A stretch of 61,975 nt of DNA, filler included, from Sphacelaria rigidula (taxonomy: Eukaryota): assembly GCA_964200075.2 (NCBI GenBank). It is 11 parts of 11 records of this genome, joined end to end, with 100 filler letters (N's around TTAATTAATTAA, not from the genome) between each part and the next. Parts side by side here need not be neighbours in the genome. Positions count along the whole stretch, not along the records: positions 11,289 to 16,831 come from CAXNAA020026473.1; positions 16,932 to 22,474 come from CAXNAA020026474.1; positions 22,575 to 28,117 come from CAXNAA020026475.1; 8 more parts are not named here. One strand, given 5' to 3'. This document shows, piece by piece, positions 11,906-24,009 of the stretch. A program made the position numbers and the translations under genes. The notes beneath the pieces are model-generated. The model saw only the letters and a list, made by a program, of their open reading frames with translations. It searched no databases and was not told where the DNA came from. Every line of letters starts with the position of its first letter. Position 1 is the first letter of the stretch.

Positions 11906-12843
11906 AGGGGAGGGGGCGGCGGGAGGGCATCGTCGAAAGTGCCCAACATGAATAATGGAGAAGAGAAGGAGAGGGTGTGCAGCACATTCCGTCAACATAC
12001 CTGATCCTCCGCCCTGATAATAAACGACAAAATGGTGGGTTTATCGTTCGTGGCTGCTTTCAAGTACTGCGACAGCTCGTACTATCGGTCGAGCTCTTGA
12101 CTTAACCTTAACACGGGAAGTAAGACAATGCTCAAAAAGTTGTTGAGGCGTAGAGACCAAGCGTCGAGGGCCAGAAATGAAATGATGAAGTTTAGTACGC
12201 TGAATTCAGCCTTCGTGCGAGCAGCATGAGGGATATAATTCTCTTATCTCGGTATTTTGCGTTTCCCACCATCTTCGTATCCATTACATCACTGTACGTT
12301 ATGATGAAGTTGTGCCGCCTACATCCACAGCCCAGCCGGGCGTTCATGTGAGGCAGAGTGATAAGCCGTAACGTCTGCGATACATGCAGTGGATGAGTAC
12401 ACAATGGAAGAGGAATATAAATGGTAGCTCACCTTTTTACCCCCCGGATGGTTATTACAGTTTCTGTAATTTTCGCTCTGGTGTACCTGAAAAATATCAG
12501 AAATTTCCCCTAATGCTGTAGTACCGAAGGCGTCTAGTTTCGTGGGGGTGGCGCCGATGTATTAATCTCGTTACGCCACACCACGAGTATGCGATTCGTT
12601 AGAAAGGACAGGCCAGTTTTTCAAGTACTGAGTGAACCGTGCGAAGAGTGCTTTGTTCCTCTGCTCGTTTTTCTTCAGCGCCGAGTGATCCATGTACCCT
12701 CAGTCGGTCGTCCACAATGACGACTTCTGTCTGATCGCAAATGCGGCGAACAATAGCTATGATGCAGAGACGCGATTGGTGACACACCTCAACGCCCTAC
12801 CTGAGGGGGATTGAGTAAGTTCATGGCAAAGAAAAGGAATAGA

Positions 12844-12844
<1 letters not shown>

Positions 12845-12877
<33 letters not shown>

Positions 12878-12940
12878 TAGCAACGTCAACAACCCAAACA
12901 ACAACAACCACGACCCCGACAACAACAATAACAACAACAG
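12845..12940. repeat. (CGA)11 followed by a degenerate (CAA)n microsatellite
   Basis: Read directly from the sequence. Confidence 0.9.
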
Positions 12941-13319
12941 GATTGATGCAGTCGTGACGTTCCGGTCGGATCTGCAATTCCTCTCCGAACGCACTCCCTC
13001 TCGTACATCACCAATTTCAACGTTTCAAACTATACAGGAATACTCGTACCTATCCGGAGCACACGTGCGTGGTCCTGTGGCACCGTCCAACCCAAGGCTT
13101 GCATACCAGCACCCCGTCAATTCGGTCAAGTCACGGCACAAGCCTGTCGGACTCGTTCTGTAACGAGATTGGAAACCCGAGGGTATCCATCATGGAGGTA
13201 TCGTATTCAAAACGTCTTCGTCATATACAGCAGAGATGAAGAGAGAAAGTGGCAACCACTTTCCGATCAGCCAACAAAAACCTCGAGGAGTCTGATCGGT
13301 CGATATGCCGAGCAGGGCC

Positions 13320-14741
13320 CTAGCAAATGGAGTCAAAAATATCATCAATAGCCGCGGCCCCGCCGCTGCCGCCTGGGCGCCCACCGGCCGAAGATTCGGC
13401 ACCCCGCATTCTCTTCTTCTTTTTCTTCTCACTATTTTTTTTCGTATGGCGTTTTGATGGTTTGCCCACGTCGGTCGACGCACGGTGTACCGCGGAGGGT
13501 GAGACCTGGTTTGCGGGCGAAACGCTCGTCCCCTGCCGGTGCTGCTGTTGTTCCCCCTCCGTCCTATCTCTCTTGTAGCGCCTGTTCGGAACGATTGTAT
13601 CAACAGGAGCATCTGAGCCAACACCACGATTCTCTGTCGTCGGGGACTCTCGAGGGCTCGCTGGAGACGCCATTCGTGCCGTCATGCCTCCGGCGGATTC
13701 ACCACGCCGTCGATCAACGGAGAAAGGACAACTACCCCGACGACCGAATCGACCGCCGCCGAGTGTGCCACTCTTTTCGTTTTCATGCGCACGACGACCT
13801 ACACTGCCGACACCGTCGGTTCTGCTCGATTCGGAGTTTATACCAAGACGCCCGCCACTCCTAACGCGCCTATCTTCATTACCATCACCACCATGATCGT
13901 TATTGCGGGTGGCGGAGGAGAGTGCGGCTGACGGGGTAGATGTAGTGGTGGCCAAGGTGGCGATGGATTGACTCTTCATAGGGGTGGGGGTGGTCATAGC
14001 TGAGCCAGCCATCACCATCGATTGCCCAAGAGCATCGGGCAAGTGCTGCCGTGTCGTTGGGAACAGGTGGGATGGCGACCGCGCCGCAGCCCTGGGTGAA
14101 CTGGGAAAGGTCGGCCCCGGGAGGGACGGCGGAGAGATTGAGGGTGCTACCGACAGAGACAAACCGTTGGCCTTCGCCTCCGGTGAATCATGGGCGGCGG
14201 ATGTCGACACAGGAGGAGACGGTGGTGTGGTAGTGGTGGATGTTGTCGCTACATCGTGGAACGTACAGGAAGGCTTACGTGTCTTCGCGGGAGGCGGTGC
14301 TGCAGGCTCCATATTTGCACGACGAGGAAGACTTCGTATTTTGCGAGTATCAGCAGAGCGGAGTCGCTTAGAGGCACCGGTGGAAAGTCGCGTGGAACCA
14401 CCACCGTTGATGTCGCCGATATTGGCATCGGCACACGCATCAGTGCGGACTTCGGCATCAGTCGCACATAGATTTTTCTTTTCCATGCGGCGCCTTGCGT
14501 TGCCTTTCCCGCTGTCGGTTATCAGGGCGCCATCCTCCTCGGCAGAGCTACTGTCGCTATCGTCACTGTCGCTGAACTCACTAGCTAGCACTACCTGCTG
14601 CTGCTCGGGTGGAGGAAGGGGAACGTAGGAGGCAGCGGAAGAACATGTATCAACCGTTGCAGGACACGAACATGGGGAATCGCCTCTTAGGAATCTTTGA
14701 TGGGCGCTCAAATTCTCAAAAACGAGAGCGCGTACGACCAC
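13320..14741 (-). CDS. Probable long terminal exon of a host gene; low-complexity S/T/P/R/G-rich protein ending KKKKK...IDDIFDSIC
   Basis: 473 uninterrupted codons, the longest ORF in the window, with an acidic SDSDDSDSSS patch and a basic NLS-like tract. The 5' splice boundary was not determined. Confidence 0.6.
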   Translation of the reverse strand: MVVRALVFENLSAHQRFLRGDSPCSCPATVDTCSSAASYVPLPPPEQQQVVLASEFSDSDDSDSSSAEEDGALITDSGKGNARRRMEKKNLCATDAEVRTDACADANIGDINGGGSTRLSTGASKRLRSADTRKIRSLPRRANMEPAAPPPAKTRKPSCTFHDVATTSTTTTPPSPPVSTSAAHDSPEAKANGLSLSVAPSISPPSLPGPTFPSSPRAAARSPSHLFPTTRQHLPDALGQSMVMAGSAMTTPTPMKSQSIATLATTTSTPSAALSSATRNNDHGGDGNEDRRVRSGGRLGINSESSRTDGVGSVGRRAHENEKSGTLGGGRFGRRGSCPFSVDRRRGESAGGMTARMASPASPRESPTTENRGVGSDAPVDTIVPNRRYKRDRTEGEQQQHRQGTSVSPANQVSPSAVHRASTDVGKPSKRHTKKNSEKKKKKRMRGAESSAGGRPGGSGGAAAIDDIFDSIC

Positions 14742-17700
14742 CAGCGTATTATTTTGTAAGCGTTGGGCTTCGCGAGTATGTGAACAACAGCATCACAGAG
14801 CACATGCCGAAGCGACGGGTTGAAAATTAGCGCAAGACTCAACGGGGGGGTGTCAGAAGTGTGTCACTACGACGGGAAGATGCACAGATGCTTAAGGCAG
14901 GGTACGTACCCAGTGCTACCCTGGATTCTCAGGGTACTTGGAGTAACAAGTACCCCGCGATAAGCACGGGTATATATATCCAAAAAATACTCAGCATTCT
15001 AGGGTCTCCAGGACACCGCATACCAGAAGTATTCAGTATTTCAGGAACGGGGTGTCGACCGACAAATGCACTCCATGCTCTGGAGTACGCAGAAGAGTTA
15101 CTTCCGAAAGTACTGAGTATCATGGGGTACCTCGGGTACTTGCCTGCCGAAATATCGAGTGCATCACCCGGAGTACTGCGAATAAGTGCCGAGTTCTTCG
15201 GGTACCCAGAGTACCTCTTGTCGAAGTACTCAGTATTCTAGTGCAACTCGGCTAACCGCTCCCGTTCCCCCAAGGACCCGGTTGTACCCCGAGTACTGAG
15301 TATACGTACTCATGACCACGTCGAAATAGTCAGTATTTCAAGGTACCCAAGGTACAAACTGGCGAAAATACTTGCCATGTCAGGGCACCCAGGGAATGAA
15401 GTGCCGAAAACACTCACTATTCCAGATTACCCAGGATACCGACATCCCGAGAATATTCAGCATTCAGAATAAATAACCAGTACTAGGCAACAACCTATAC
15501 TGGAAGGCGAGGCAAACATGGTGATGATTACCTACACAAAATCAAGTTGTTCGGCTGCATTCTGAATCTTGAGTATGTGACGTGAAGAGCGGTAAGAAGC
15601 TGCCCCGTTTAATTCTGTATTTTTTATATTCGGCTGCTCGATGTTCCAAACCAATTACGTTGAGCTCTACGAATGACCGGTGGAATTTTTTGCAGTTCAC
15701 CGTCGCGTCGGGTATACGTATACGTGTCGAAGATACGCATCACATCAGTTTGTTGATCTTGATTGGAACGACTCTGCAATGTGTGAATTCAACGTATTAT
15801 GCGCGAGCAGACGTAACGCGACCCCCGGTGAAGCATGCAAGCACGGTTCCGCACACATCACAACATCCGACCCTTCCCCCCTTCTTTCACAGTTACCAAC
15901 TCACATGGTGCTCTACAGAACAGTACTCCAGGGCACGCGGGGTATCGATCGTCGATTCTGCTGCCAGTTACGTTGGGTATCCACCAACCCGAATAACCTG
16001 AATGCTTACTCGGAATACTCATTACACACATCGAGAATTGCGGGCACCCAGGGTAATCCTTGCTACTATAAACATCTTCGGGCAAAATGTCTTGGGCGAT
16101 GCGCGTGCTCAACGGGATGTCTGCGGCCCGCAATAGAACTCGACGTTCAAACCAAGGATCCCTTTCGAACAAAACAAACAATCGCATGACTTCTACAATC
16201 TTGCTGAACAAAATACGTCCGGCCTTCAGCGGAGATTGGGTGCCAATTGACTTTGCTGACGGTGCTGTACGTGTAGATTGCACAAAATATAAACAGCCTT
16301 TTGCGGATCATTGACATGTGACGAAAGAGATCGCGGCGTGCGTTCATATCGGACCTTGCTTCGGGCGTGTTGCAACTTTAGAGAGAGGGGGGCTTGCGCA
16401 TGTGGTCATTGTCAACATGCATCGTGCACACTACTATATCTAGCCAATACAGTACAAAGGAGGTCTTGCAGCCCTGTACTATCACGTATAGGGCGTGACC
16501 GTGATAAGGGTTATGAAAGAAACGTGGCGTGCTGCACTTTTGTATAGAGCTCATGCCGTCGAAAGTCAATACTTGCCTATATAGGTATCTTAGACTCCGC
16601 GCAACGACAGGCACACATCACAATTGGACGCATGTCACCACAACTGCTTTGTCTTTCCTCCCCGACTATGGCGCCAATAGAATACAAATAATGCGACGTC
16701 TGGCCCGGGTATCAGAGATATTTGGAAAGGGCCATAACACGATATTCACGTAACCAAATTGGGGGGGGGGGGAGTGGTGTACTCATGATCATGCATGCCG
16801 TATTTATCTCACCATTGACCTCGCATCCCTANNNNNNNNNNNNNNNNNNNNNNNNNNNNNNNNNNNNNNNNNNNNTTAATTAATTAANNNNNNNNNNNNN
16901 NNNNNNNNNNNNNNNNNNNNNNNNNNNNNNNCCCCCCCGAGCCCCCAACCCCGAAAAAAGCCACACCAACAAAAGAGAAAAAAAGACCACAACCACCAGT
17001 TTTGGGGGGGGGGGGGGGGGGGGGGGGGGGGCGGGGGGGGGGGGGGGTACTCATGATCATGCAAGCATGCATGTCATAGTCATCTGACCATTGACCTCGC
17101 ATCTCTACAAAGCCGGAACGGAGCACGCCGGGTTTGGGGCAGGGAAGGGCATACACACACAGCAAACGCAGAAACGCAGTGAGACAAAAGCAACACGAAC
17201 ACATACACACCTTTCAAACCAAACTCAGAAAATAAAGTATATCAAAGCATATTTTGCGCAAAAATAAGAACAAACCAATCAAACGAGGGCACCGGCAGCG
17301 TGAGGATGACTGACGGTTACACGGACCGATCGAGACCAAACCGTGCAGCGCAGAGCGCGCGGTGCACGGATGAGATGACGCATGGGAAACTCGCGGATAG
17401 CCCAAGATGCAAACGAGCGCACCCACATGACTACAAGATCGACATCTGCTTCCCACATCTTCCAACACGGTAGAAAAGAAACCACGAATAGAATGCGAAG
17501 TTCTCGAGCATCACCCCCCCCGGTGCACATGTACTCCGAACGTAAGCAAGTGGAAAGACACACATAAGAACAAAGAAGATGACGCAAAAATATCGACGGG
17601 AAAATCAATGGAAACTGTGAACAGTACTACAGCTGACAACTGCGAACTGACTCAAGGAAACAGTGTATAAAAGGAATAACGAACGCAACAAGGGGGGGGG

Positions 17701-17753
17701 AGGGGGGCAAACGCCATCGTTTGCAGTGTCGTCGCGCCGAACACGTCCCTCAC

Positions 17754-17825
17754 CATTTTGTAAAAATGCCGGAAAACGTTGAGACGTTGGATGGTGTTCT
17801 CCGCCTTGCCGTCTGCCAGCGACGC
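17754..17825 (-). CDS. GPR107: GPR107/GPR108 (lung seven-TM receptor family) exon
   Basis: AACAG|ASLADGKAENTIQRLNVFRHFYKM|GTGAGG; 72 nt, phase 0; matches the family motif DGKA....L..FR.FY. Confidence 0.85.
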
Positions 17826-18542
17826 CTGTTTCGAGAGGGAAATAAAAAGTAAAACGAATGCATATTTTCTCAGTGCGCTATGGTTTGGAGAAATACAGTT
17901 ACACGGGGAGGTAGTCATCATCTATCGTACCAGATAGATTAAAACCTTATACAATCAATTACGAAAGTTGGGTACACATGGCAACCAAACACACACGAAA
18001 AAACAAGAACAAAAATAAAAAAGGATCTTCGTGGGGCATAGTGTGCCGGCTATAAAAAAAAGACAAATTACATCACGATGACGGCACGTTCAGACTGCAA
18101 TACTGCACCCATTCCAATCCGGGAAAACGATGCACTTCGTTCAGACACGAGTCGATGGCCAACAGAAGAAAGTGAAGAGCATCGTGCGCAAAGCTGTCCA
18201 TCTTTTCATCTCTACCAAAAATCACGATCGAGGAGTCGAACATGCATCCAAGGCAGTGTTTCGTAGGGCATACCCGAATGTGGTGGTGGTGGGGGGGGGG
18301 GGGGGGATTTGGTGAGCAAGCTAAGCCATACCAAAATGTGTACTGATTATTTTGGTATGGTCCGGCATAAAGTATCGAACCCTGTTTCGAACAATCCGAC
18401 ACGGTTTAGAAGGGAATTTTTCGATAAAATACCTCTTTTAGACGTCCGTAAGTACCCGAATTTTAGCCGGTATATCCTTCAGAGCACACACAATCTTGGA
18501 ACGTGTGCGTAGATCTGCTGCAGTACTGTACTGTTTCTGCAC

Positions 18543-18695
18543 CTGTCTTAGATGCCGAATGGACCATATGATGGGGAACAGGATGCTGCAGCAGCATACC
18601 AAATCCACCATGTGAAGCACGTTTCTCCACTTGAGCCAGACCATGGACCCAGGCGCCGTCTCCTCCAGTACGATCTGTGCCACGTTGTTCAGTAC
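18543..18695 (-). CDS. GPR107: GPR107/GPR108 exon
   Basis: TATAG|VLNNVAQIVLEETAPGSMVWLKWRNVLHMVDLVCCCSILFPIIWSIRHLRQ|GTGCAG; 153 nt, phase 0; family motif VD..CC..ILFP.VWSI.HL. Confidence 0.92.
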
Positions 18696-21133
18696 CTATA
18701 AAACAGGTGGCATGTACGTGGGATAGCAATTCAGATCGTAGGATAAAACTTCGACGTTAGTCCATCATAAGCTGCTCAGCAGTAGACCTATCCAAAAACG
18801 GAGGGGGAAAGGGGAAACATGTAAACGCTTTCTTGCTGTTCTAAATCTCCCTACTATACGTACTTGCGATCAATCTTCTGTGACTTCATACCTGCGCTGC
18901 TTCCTGTAGCTTGTTCGCCCTTTTACAGGTGAAGTTTATGAGTTTTGAGCGAGCTTCGAAAAAATGTTACCGTTCTCAGGCGAAAAACTACCTCATGTCC
19001 AGTACGAAACGGCTACGGACGACATCATCCATTGAACCTGTGCTTCCAGAGGAGAATAACAAATGTATGGTATCGGCAACGATTTGCAGTTTTTCACGTT
19101 GCTCAGTAGCCTCTTGCTTGTTCCTCTGTAGAACTGAAGGTCATGTGATCAACTACAAAATCGATCAAATAAATACTCGATCACAGATCTCAAGTAAAAG
19201 CTTCAATTCATGTTTCTTATTTTACAAGGAAACAGAGTGACAATAAAAAAATGTACACACATCGCGTCAACAATTTCTGAATACTCCACAATAAGTACCT
19301 TGACTTTCCCCAACCCCTCCCCTCACGAGACTGTGATTTCGATCATGGCCCAACTTATTTTCACTACTTTTGTACCTAACCCTCATCCTTTAGTGGGAAT
19401 AAAAAGTAATTTTCCATTTGAAGTCGAACGAGGTACACATAGTGCTGGCCACTTTTTTCAGTTAAACCTATAGACATTAACAAAAGGAAAAATGTGCGTG
19501 GGGGGGGGGGGGGGGGGGGGGGGGACTCATGATCTTGCATACTGTAGTCATGAGACCGTTGACGTCGCACCGCTACAAAGCCGAGACGGAGCACGCCGAG
19601 TTTTCGCCGGACCAGGCTCACAATCAATCACCAAGCGCGAAGAGCCGCGGTTTGTTCGGCGAGTTGCATGAAGGGTGAGCTGCATCCTGCCAAGATGGTT
19701 CGGCCTGAAGCGGACTAACTATCTTGCGTATAGATGACAGCCTCCAATGAGTTGCTTCATTTTCTGGTGTGGCCACCTCCATAAACAGCCACGGGTGGCG
19801 ATTGTGTATGGGAAAAATGGCGAATCTTTTCAGCTCTTTTCTTGCGGCGGGTAGGCCCTCTGCGTCCCTTTGTTTCAACTCGAAGGGCCGGTCACATCGG
19901 ACGGGAGTCAATTGCTCCTCAGTAAGTCTTACAATACACGACCCCTGTATTGTAGACGACAAACTCCAATAAGAAATAGTGTGGACGAGACAATGGGACG
20001 CGGAAGTATCTACAGTCAATGCCTGGAAGCAAGTCCAAAAGGGTGATATTTGCGTTTCAACAGCATCATCCCACACCCTGGACATTGGATGACATTGTCA
20101 AGAGGTGTACTGCGTACAGTATCGACTACTACGGCTCTTGAAATAGACAACAGAATCTATACTGTACGCACATTTTTACATTTTCTTTACAAGTGTAGTA
20201 ATATGTCATCCAGGGGGTGGGTGCATCATTCCCAAAACCTTGCGCTCGTGACCTCTTGGTAAATCACCATCACTTTGGCTGCAAATGTAAGACACACTAA
20301 CTTGACACATAATCGTGCATCAACTGTGGCCTACGCTAAGGCACCGCCTGCAGGAGGAGACGGTGTTATTCGATGCCTCTTTTTGGAACGGAAACTGAAG
20401 CTAAAAACGTCGGCCCAACATCTTCTTCAGCCAGCTTGCAACCAAGGGCTTGCCCAATATTCAACCGCTTTTGCTGCAGTTCGCTGGCTTCCCATGCCGA
20501 TGTGCAGTAATTCGAATTCCCAGACAGAGGTGCGTATTTTCCGCATTCCTTGGTACATATGAAACCATTCACTGCGCGTGCCATCAGGGCTCATATCTCG
20601 CGATCGCTTTTGTCGGTGGTGGTTGAGCATGCCTTGAAACTTCGGGTTTGCAAAGCAGACATACAGGTGCGGTATTTCAGCCGGGCGATCGTGCGGTAAA
20701 AAAAGGTCCATGTGTTTACAGAGGGGCATCAAGATCGGCCTCTTTACAAAAGAGTGGGGTCTGTGCAGCATAGGAGGGAAACACGATCTCGATCGTCATT
20801 GTGAAGAATTTTACACGTATTCATTCATCTTAATATTTACCGTTTCGTTGCGGAAGAGCCGGAAAAATGTTTTTATTGGACCAAAAACGGTCAATAACAC
20901 CCTCCTGATAAACGGGGTATCTAGTACGTATCGCCCCCCCCAACATACCAACTTGGGAACTGCAGTTTGAGCGCGGCCTACGCTTTTCCCCTAAATCTAC
21001 CAGCGCGAGCACTTTTAAGCAGTAATGAAGAATAGTACTCGAGAAAAAGTCAAAAATTACAACGACGGATTCTGAAAACTTCTGAACGAGACCGTTCCAG
21101 GGCGTTGTGCCAACAGCTGCACTTGGCGAAGCG

Positions 21134-21134
<1 letters not shown>

Positions 21135-21188
<54 letters not shown>
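21135..21188. repeat. (AC)27 microsatellite starting exactly at an intron donor
   Basis: On the minus strand it is (GT)27, beginning with the donor GT. Confidence 0.95.
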
Positions 21189-21190
<2 letters not shown>

Positions 21191-21446
21191 GCAGCGACAG
21201 CACGACGAAAATGATTCGCTTGTCGCGACCGTTCAAGAACGGTTTCATGAGAGACCATCCCGTGCCGATGAGTAAAACCACCACGAACAGAGTGATCCCT
21301 TTGAGGAACGCAAACAGGTAGTAAATGATGCTCCACGCCTCGGCCGCCCCCGTGAGCCCGAGGTAGTGATACCGGATGGACTCGAACAGCATGGACAATG
21401 TCTTGAACACCAGCAAAACCGCCATCATATGATGAATGTGGTGTAC
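21189..21446 (-). CDS. GPR107: GPR107/GPR108 exon
   Basis: CGAAG|VHHIHHMMAVLLVFKTLS...AFLKGITLFVVVLLIGTGWSLMKPFLNGRDKRIIFVVLSLQ|GT; 258 nt, phase 0; motifs IH.LM, LKG..LF and LIGTGW...KP.L. The three exons join in frame. Confidence 0.92.
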
Positions 21447-21840
21447 CTTCGGGCGGCAAGGGCGAGGACAAGAGTGAGGAGGTGAACGGGGGCGTACTCA
21501 TTTGTTGCCTGCCCTAGTCGTTTGGCTGTTGACCACGCATACCTTTCGAAACGGAGCATCATTCCAACTCCTAATGGAGACACCTCCAATGCTTGGAGCG
21601 CTCATTACACTTTTTCCAGACATGAAGCAAAAAACCTCTTACATCGACTGATGGATTGATTGATTGATTATCTCACATTAGCTGATCGCACAACAATCCA
21701 GCCCGTGATCAGGAGCAGCGGAAAAAAAAAACACAGAATAAGACAGAAAGGAGAAAATAAACAGAAAAAGACAGAAGCAACAACCACAGAAAGGAAAGAA
21801 AGGAAGGGCGCAACGACAACAACGAAGACATCGAACAAGC

Positions 21841-21841
<1 letters not shown>

Positions 21842-21874
<33 letters not shown>
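21842..21874. repeat. (AAC)11 microsatellite
   Basis: Read directly from the sequence. Confidence 0.9.
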
Positions 21875-21876
<2 letters not shown>

Positions 21877-21994
21877 ACACAAACACAACAAGATGATTAT
21901 CTCGCATTACGTCGCTGATTGCAACACTCCTCGAGATCAGGAAAATAGAAAAAATGGAGAAAAACCAAAGAAAATAAAAAATTAGGAGAAAAAA

Positions 21995-22390
21995 TTACAT
22001 ATTTTATCCCCTTCCTGATTTGCCGTCTGTGGCCACCATCTATCTCCTAGTAAAGCGATCGTTGTCTCCCTTCTGGCTAGTGCATCACACAATCTCATGT
22101 CACCTTCTTTTACTTCCCAAATTTCCCCCTCTAACACCTCCCGTTCCTCCTCTTTGTGTAGTTCACATCATGCCACTGTGTGAGTTTTACTCTGTATTGC
22201 TTTGCCACAGGAACAATTCTGTGAATCTTCTTCCCCCTCCACTCCACCACTGGTGTATGTCTTTCTTCTTTCCGGCGCGTCCAGGTTTTCGCCGCGTCCA
22301 CTGGGCCATGCAAAATACGTTTTTATTCCTATCCCCTCGCTCAACCCGCCATCTTCAGGTGCTCTTCCTCGTCTACTTTCCGTCTTGGCG
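21995..22390 (-). mobile_element. LINE family F2 C-terminal fragment with a CCHC-like zinc knuckle
   Basis: Decayed frames give HGPVDAAKT, ERRKTYTS, CSCGKAIQSKTH...CELHKEEEREVLEG and TIALLGDRWWPQTANQEGDKI, leading towards the F2 3' end. Confidence 0.65.
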
Positions 22391-22705
22391 AGGGGGGGGG
22401 GGGGGGGGGGTGTGTGTTTTTGTCTTGTCGTTGTGTTTTTGACTGGTACTGTAGGGGGGAAGGGGATTGGTGTGNNNNNNNNNNNNNNNNNNNNNNNNNN
22501 NNNNNNNNNNNNNNNNNNTTAATTAATTAANNNNNNNNNNNNNNNNNNNNNNNNNNNNNNNNNNNNNNNNNNNNCCAAGTCAAATCGTCCTTGAAAGGAG
22601 CAACGGTTGCTCGAACGAGCTTGTTATAGATATATGACGCTCGTTCATACCGATTGACACCGTTTTGAACCAAACAGAAGCGCACCACGAGTGTGGCAGG
22701 CCGTT

Positions 22706-22770
22706 TGACACACTTTTGAGCCTCTTTTTTCGTGCAACCAAATACCCCCCACCCTATCGTAGGATGACTC
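22706..22770. mobile_element. Terminus of Sola-like family B; also at 28228-28292 and 45157-45187
   Basis: The end reverse-complements to GAGTCATCCTACGATAGGG, differing at 3 positions from the family A TIR GAGTGATGCTACGGTAGGG. In contigs 6 and 9 it abuts interrupted Gypsy coding sequence. Confidence 0.65.
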
Positions 22771-22987
22771 TTCAGACGGTAAGTCTTTTTTTAACGTTCA
22801 GGGTGCGTGTTATCATCCCGTCTATCCTGGGCTGCATTCTACACCAGGCCAGTCTACACCTGGTGTAGACTGACGTCCAGGAGATGGCATAACAACAAAC
22901 ACTCTTAACCTTCGAATGTTTCTGCTCTAAACTTCTCCCACTTTAAGTCTGAGGCGAAAAACATTTTTCGGAACTCTCTACTGTTGT

Positions 22988-23755
22988 TGTAACACCCATG
23001 GTACAGCCATATAGTCCAAGGTTGTCGAATGGGAGGAAGACGATCACTCTCAGGGTACAGTCACGATGTCGGCACATACCCCAAAGGTATACCCTCCTCG
23101 CACCTTTGTCCTAGATGTATACCCCACCAATGGACACAGTCTAGATGAACGGGTATGCAATTTTGGTAAGGATTGGGCGTGGAGGTCGATTTCGGGCTTT
23201 ATATGATGGAGCTCGTGAGTAGTTTAGTGATGCCCGGAAGAACGGAGTCGCACACCATACACACATCCAATCGCACATATATATGGACACAGCCAAACAC
23301 ACGTAGACGGCACGCGCGGCCAATCGGCTCCTCCTTGAGATCCTACTATCGCTTTTTTCCTCTCTTGAGGGCAAAATGGCCCTCCGGAGGGTGAAACATC
23401 CTTTTGTGAGGAAGGCGTATCGCTAGAGTAGTCAGAGACCTACGGGGGAGACTGCAGTCCTGATGCCGAAGGAAGTCCAAGACTGGCGATGATTTCATCT
23501 TGCATATGTAGGCAAGAAGTTGGGTCAGACGAGAAGTGGTCGCCAGGGACGACCAGTACCTCGAGGGAGGTTGGACCGTCCTAGTATTAGGCTCCTCCTG
23601 GCGTCACCCCGAGTCGTCTAGTTACGTTGGTATTACAGGGTCCTCGGTAATCTGGTCCTCCCGGACCGTTCCTACCTTGTCCCTGCTTGCGCTGGTTCTT
23701 CACACATGTGTGGCTTCAGTCTCTGGTATGCCACTACAAAGAGGTATCTTCCACA
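22988..23755 (-). mobile_element. Candidate 3' LTR of the contig-5 Gypsy element, with PPT at 23756-23772
   Basis: Minus strand reads AAA-G12-AA followed directly by TGTGGAAG. Candidate far end is GGGTGTTACA at 22988. No second LTR is present to confirm the boundary. Confidence 0.5.
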
Positions 23756-24009
23756 TTCCCCCCCCCCCCTTTATGCGTCTCTAGCCCATCGGAACTATGG
23801 CTGGTGAGACGAGGCAATTATCAGCTTCGCTGATGATAGAACCGTGGAAGTGTCTTTGAGTGGCAATCATTGATTGAGTCACGCCACCACTAATCGCAAA
23901 GGCAGCCCTTTTCTTTACTGTGGTATTGAGTAAACACCCCCCCCCTTTAAATTTAAACTACCTGTCGTCAGTAACAGTGCATGTATTCCAAGCCCTCTAA
24001 TTTTGGTTT

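Noticed and set aside
20830..21501. 223-aa ORF with a VCVCVC tract
   Set aside because: Alternative frame over the GPR107 exon plus the (GT)n repeat.
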